Shown here: positions 61,133 through 61,807 of the stretch, one piece after another
Numbering within the stretch: position 1 is the first letter of the stretch
Layout of the letters: the number at the start of each line of letters is the position of its first letter
The notes under the pieces: generated by a model
Databases searched by the model: none
What the model saw: the letters and a program-made list of their open reading frames with translations, nothing else
Told to the model about the DNA's origin: nothing
Position numbers and translations under genes: made by a program
Assembly: GCA_964603935.1 (NCBI GenBank)
Contig: CAZRWL010000003.1
Span: forward strand, 1-61,807
Origin: an uncultured Gammaproteobacteria bacterium
GTDB lineage: Bacteria; Patescibacteriota; Microgenomatia; Levybacterales; UBA12049
Direction: 5' to 3'
Length of the DNA stretch: 61,807 nt

Positions 61133-61807
61133 TTAAGAATATCTAGGCTTTGGGTTATCTGTGCCAGTTTTTATGTACGCGTTAATCCTTGCTCCTTCTC
61201 CAAGTATTGCACTTCTAATATCAATAGCTCTTTTGGTTACGCTTTTTGAGTCTTTTGGTAGATCTTCTTTTGTTTTATCAGAAACAAAGTAAATAATGTT
61301 AGTATTATCCCAAAGTGGTTGTTGTTCTAAAACAGCTCTAGAATTAATAGTGCGGGCTATTCTTGGTAAATGCCATCTTGCCTGAACTAAAGCCATTCTT
61401 TGATTCTTCGCTATCAATTCTTCAAGCAATTCTTTTGGAAACCGTTGAAATTGAGTCAGAGTATTTGCATCTTTTGGATCGTCAGTTTCAGAAAGTGTTT
61501 CTATCTTAATTTTATTTGGGGGGATAGGAAAACTACCTGATTCTATAGCATCTCTAAATTGTTTATTTTGAAGATTTGTTCCGTTGTAAAAAAGAATTGG
61601 GCCGGACTTTTTAATATCGTCCATTAAAATATCTTTGACATTTTTATTTAGCCTTATAGCGGTAATTTCTCGGACAAGCTGTGCTGCAAAGTCTGTTTGC
61701 TGTCTGTCATCCTCCCTAAAAAGATCACTTTTGGCAAACTCTGGAGAACTTAGAAGATACGGAGTGGGTTCAGCGTTGTAAGCACCGCGTCCAGAAATAG
61801 CCCAGAC
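61133..61807 (-). CDS. hypothetical protein (partial, 5' end beyond window)
   Basis: The frame of track ORF 61133-61624 stays open upstream to the window edge (VWAISGRGAYNAEP...KDILMDDIKK), so the true start is probably outside the window. Confidence 0.45.
   Translation of the reverse strand, partial: VWAISGRGAYNAEPTPYLLSSPEFAKSDLFREDDRQQTDFAAQLVREITAIRLNKNVKDILMDDIKKSGPILFYNGTNLQNKQFRDAIESGSFPIPPNKIKIETLSETDDPKDANTLTQFQRFPKELLEELIAKNQRMALVQARWHLPRIARTINSRAVLEQQPLWDNTNIIYFVSDKTKEDLPKDSKSVTKRAIDIRSAILGEGARINAYIKTGTDNPKPRYS

Noticed and set aside
1-61807. Alternative genetic code (UGA recoding, as in some CPR lineages).
   Set aside because: All conserved genes give full-length translations with the standard code and end at positions consistent with orthologs. 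I noticed no in-frame TGA interruptions.

Overview
AT-rich, gene-dense window. Nearly all housekeeping genes lie on the minus strand. By inference it comes from a small-genome Patescibacteria/CPR-like bacterium: compact EF-Ts, a DUF5667 anti-sigma partner, many orphan proteins, standard genetic code. Recognisable content: (1) translation and replication genes (cysS, proS, rpsB-tsf, frr, rpsU, ybeY, dnaX-ybaB-recR, prs, tRNA-Ile); (2) a thymidylate-cycle supercluster (glyA-folA-thyA ... dcd-tmk plus a Dcd-fold paralog, with folC nearby); (3) zwf/gnd; (4) an ECF sigma/anti-sigma pair; (5) a six-gene Hyf/Ech-type membrane complex (48.8-56.0 kb). By eye-alignment, the NuoB-like and NuoCD/HycE-like subunits of that complex have lost every canonical FeS and NiFe cysteine ligand, and no ferredoxin-type subunit is present. 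This is my top candidate for an undescribed system. Selfish content is dense: RelE/DinJ, Xre/ImmA, VapBC, a class II Fic, an orphan HEPN-like gene fused into the dcd-tmk operon, a hairpin-flanked IS200-like/RAYT Y1 transposase, a GxxExxY gene wedged between rpsB and tsf, and a frameshifted IS481-like element with 24-bp terminal inverted repeats. Two small islands are bounded by duplicated 3' ends of folC and of the hydrogenase-like large subunit. A 5'-truncated tRNA-like copy abuts tRNA-Ile. At least four short repeat families (here REP-A to REP-D) plus 7-nt tandem repeats are scattered through the window. Several sit in-frame inside essential genes (folC, dnaX, cysS, thyA, gnd, rseP), reminiscent of Rickettsia palindromic elements. 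No rRNA genes or CRISPR arrays were seen. All homology calls come from motif recognition by eye; nothing was searched or computed.
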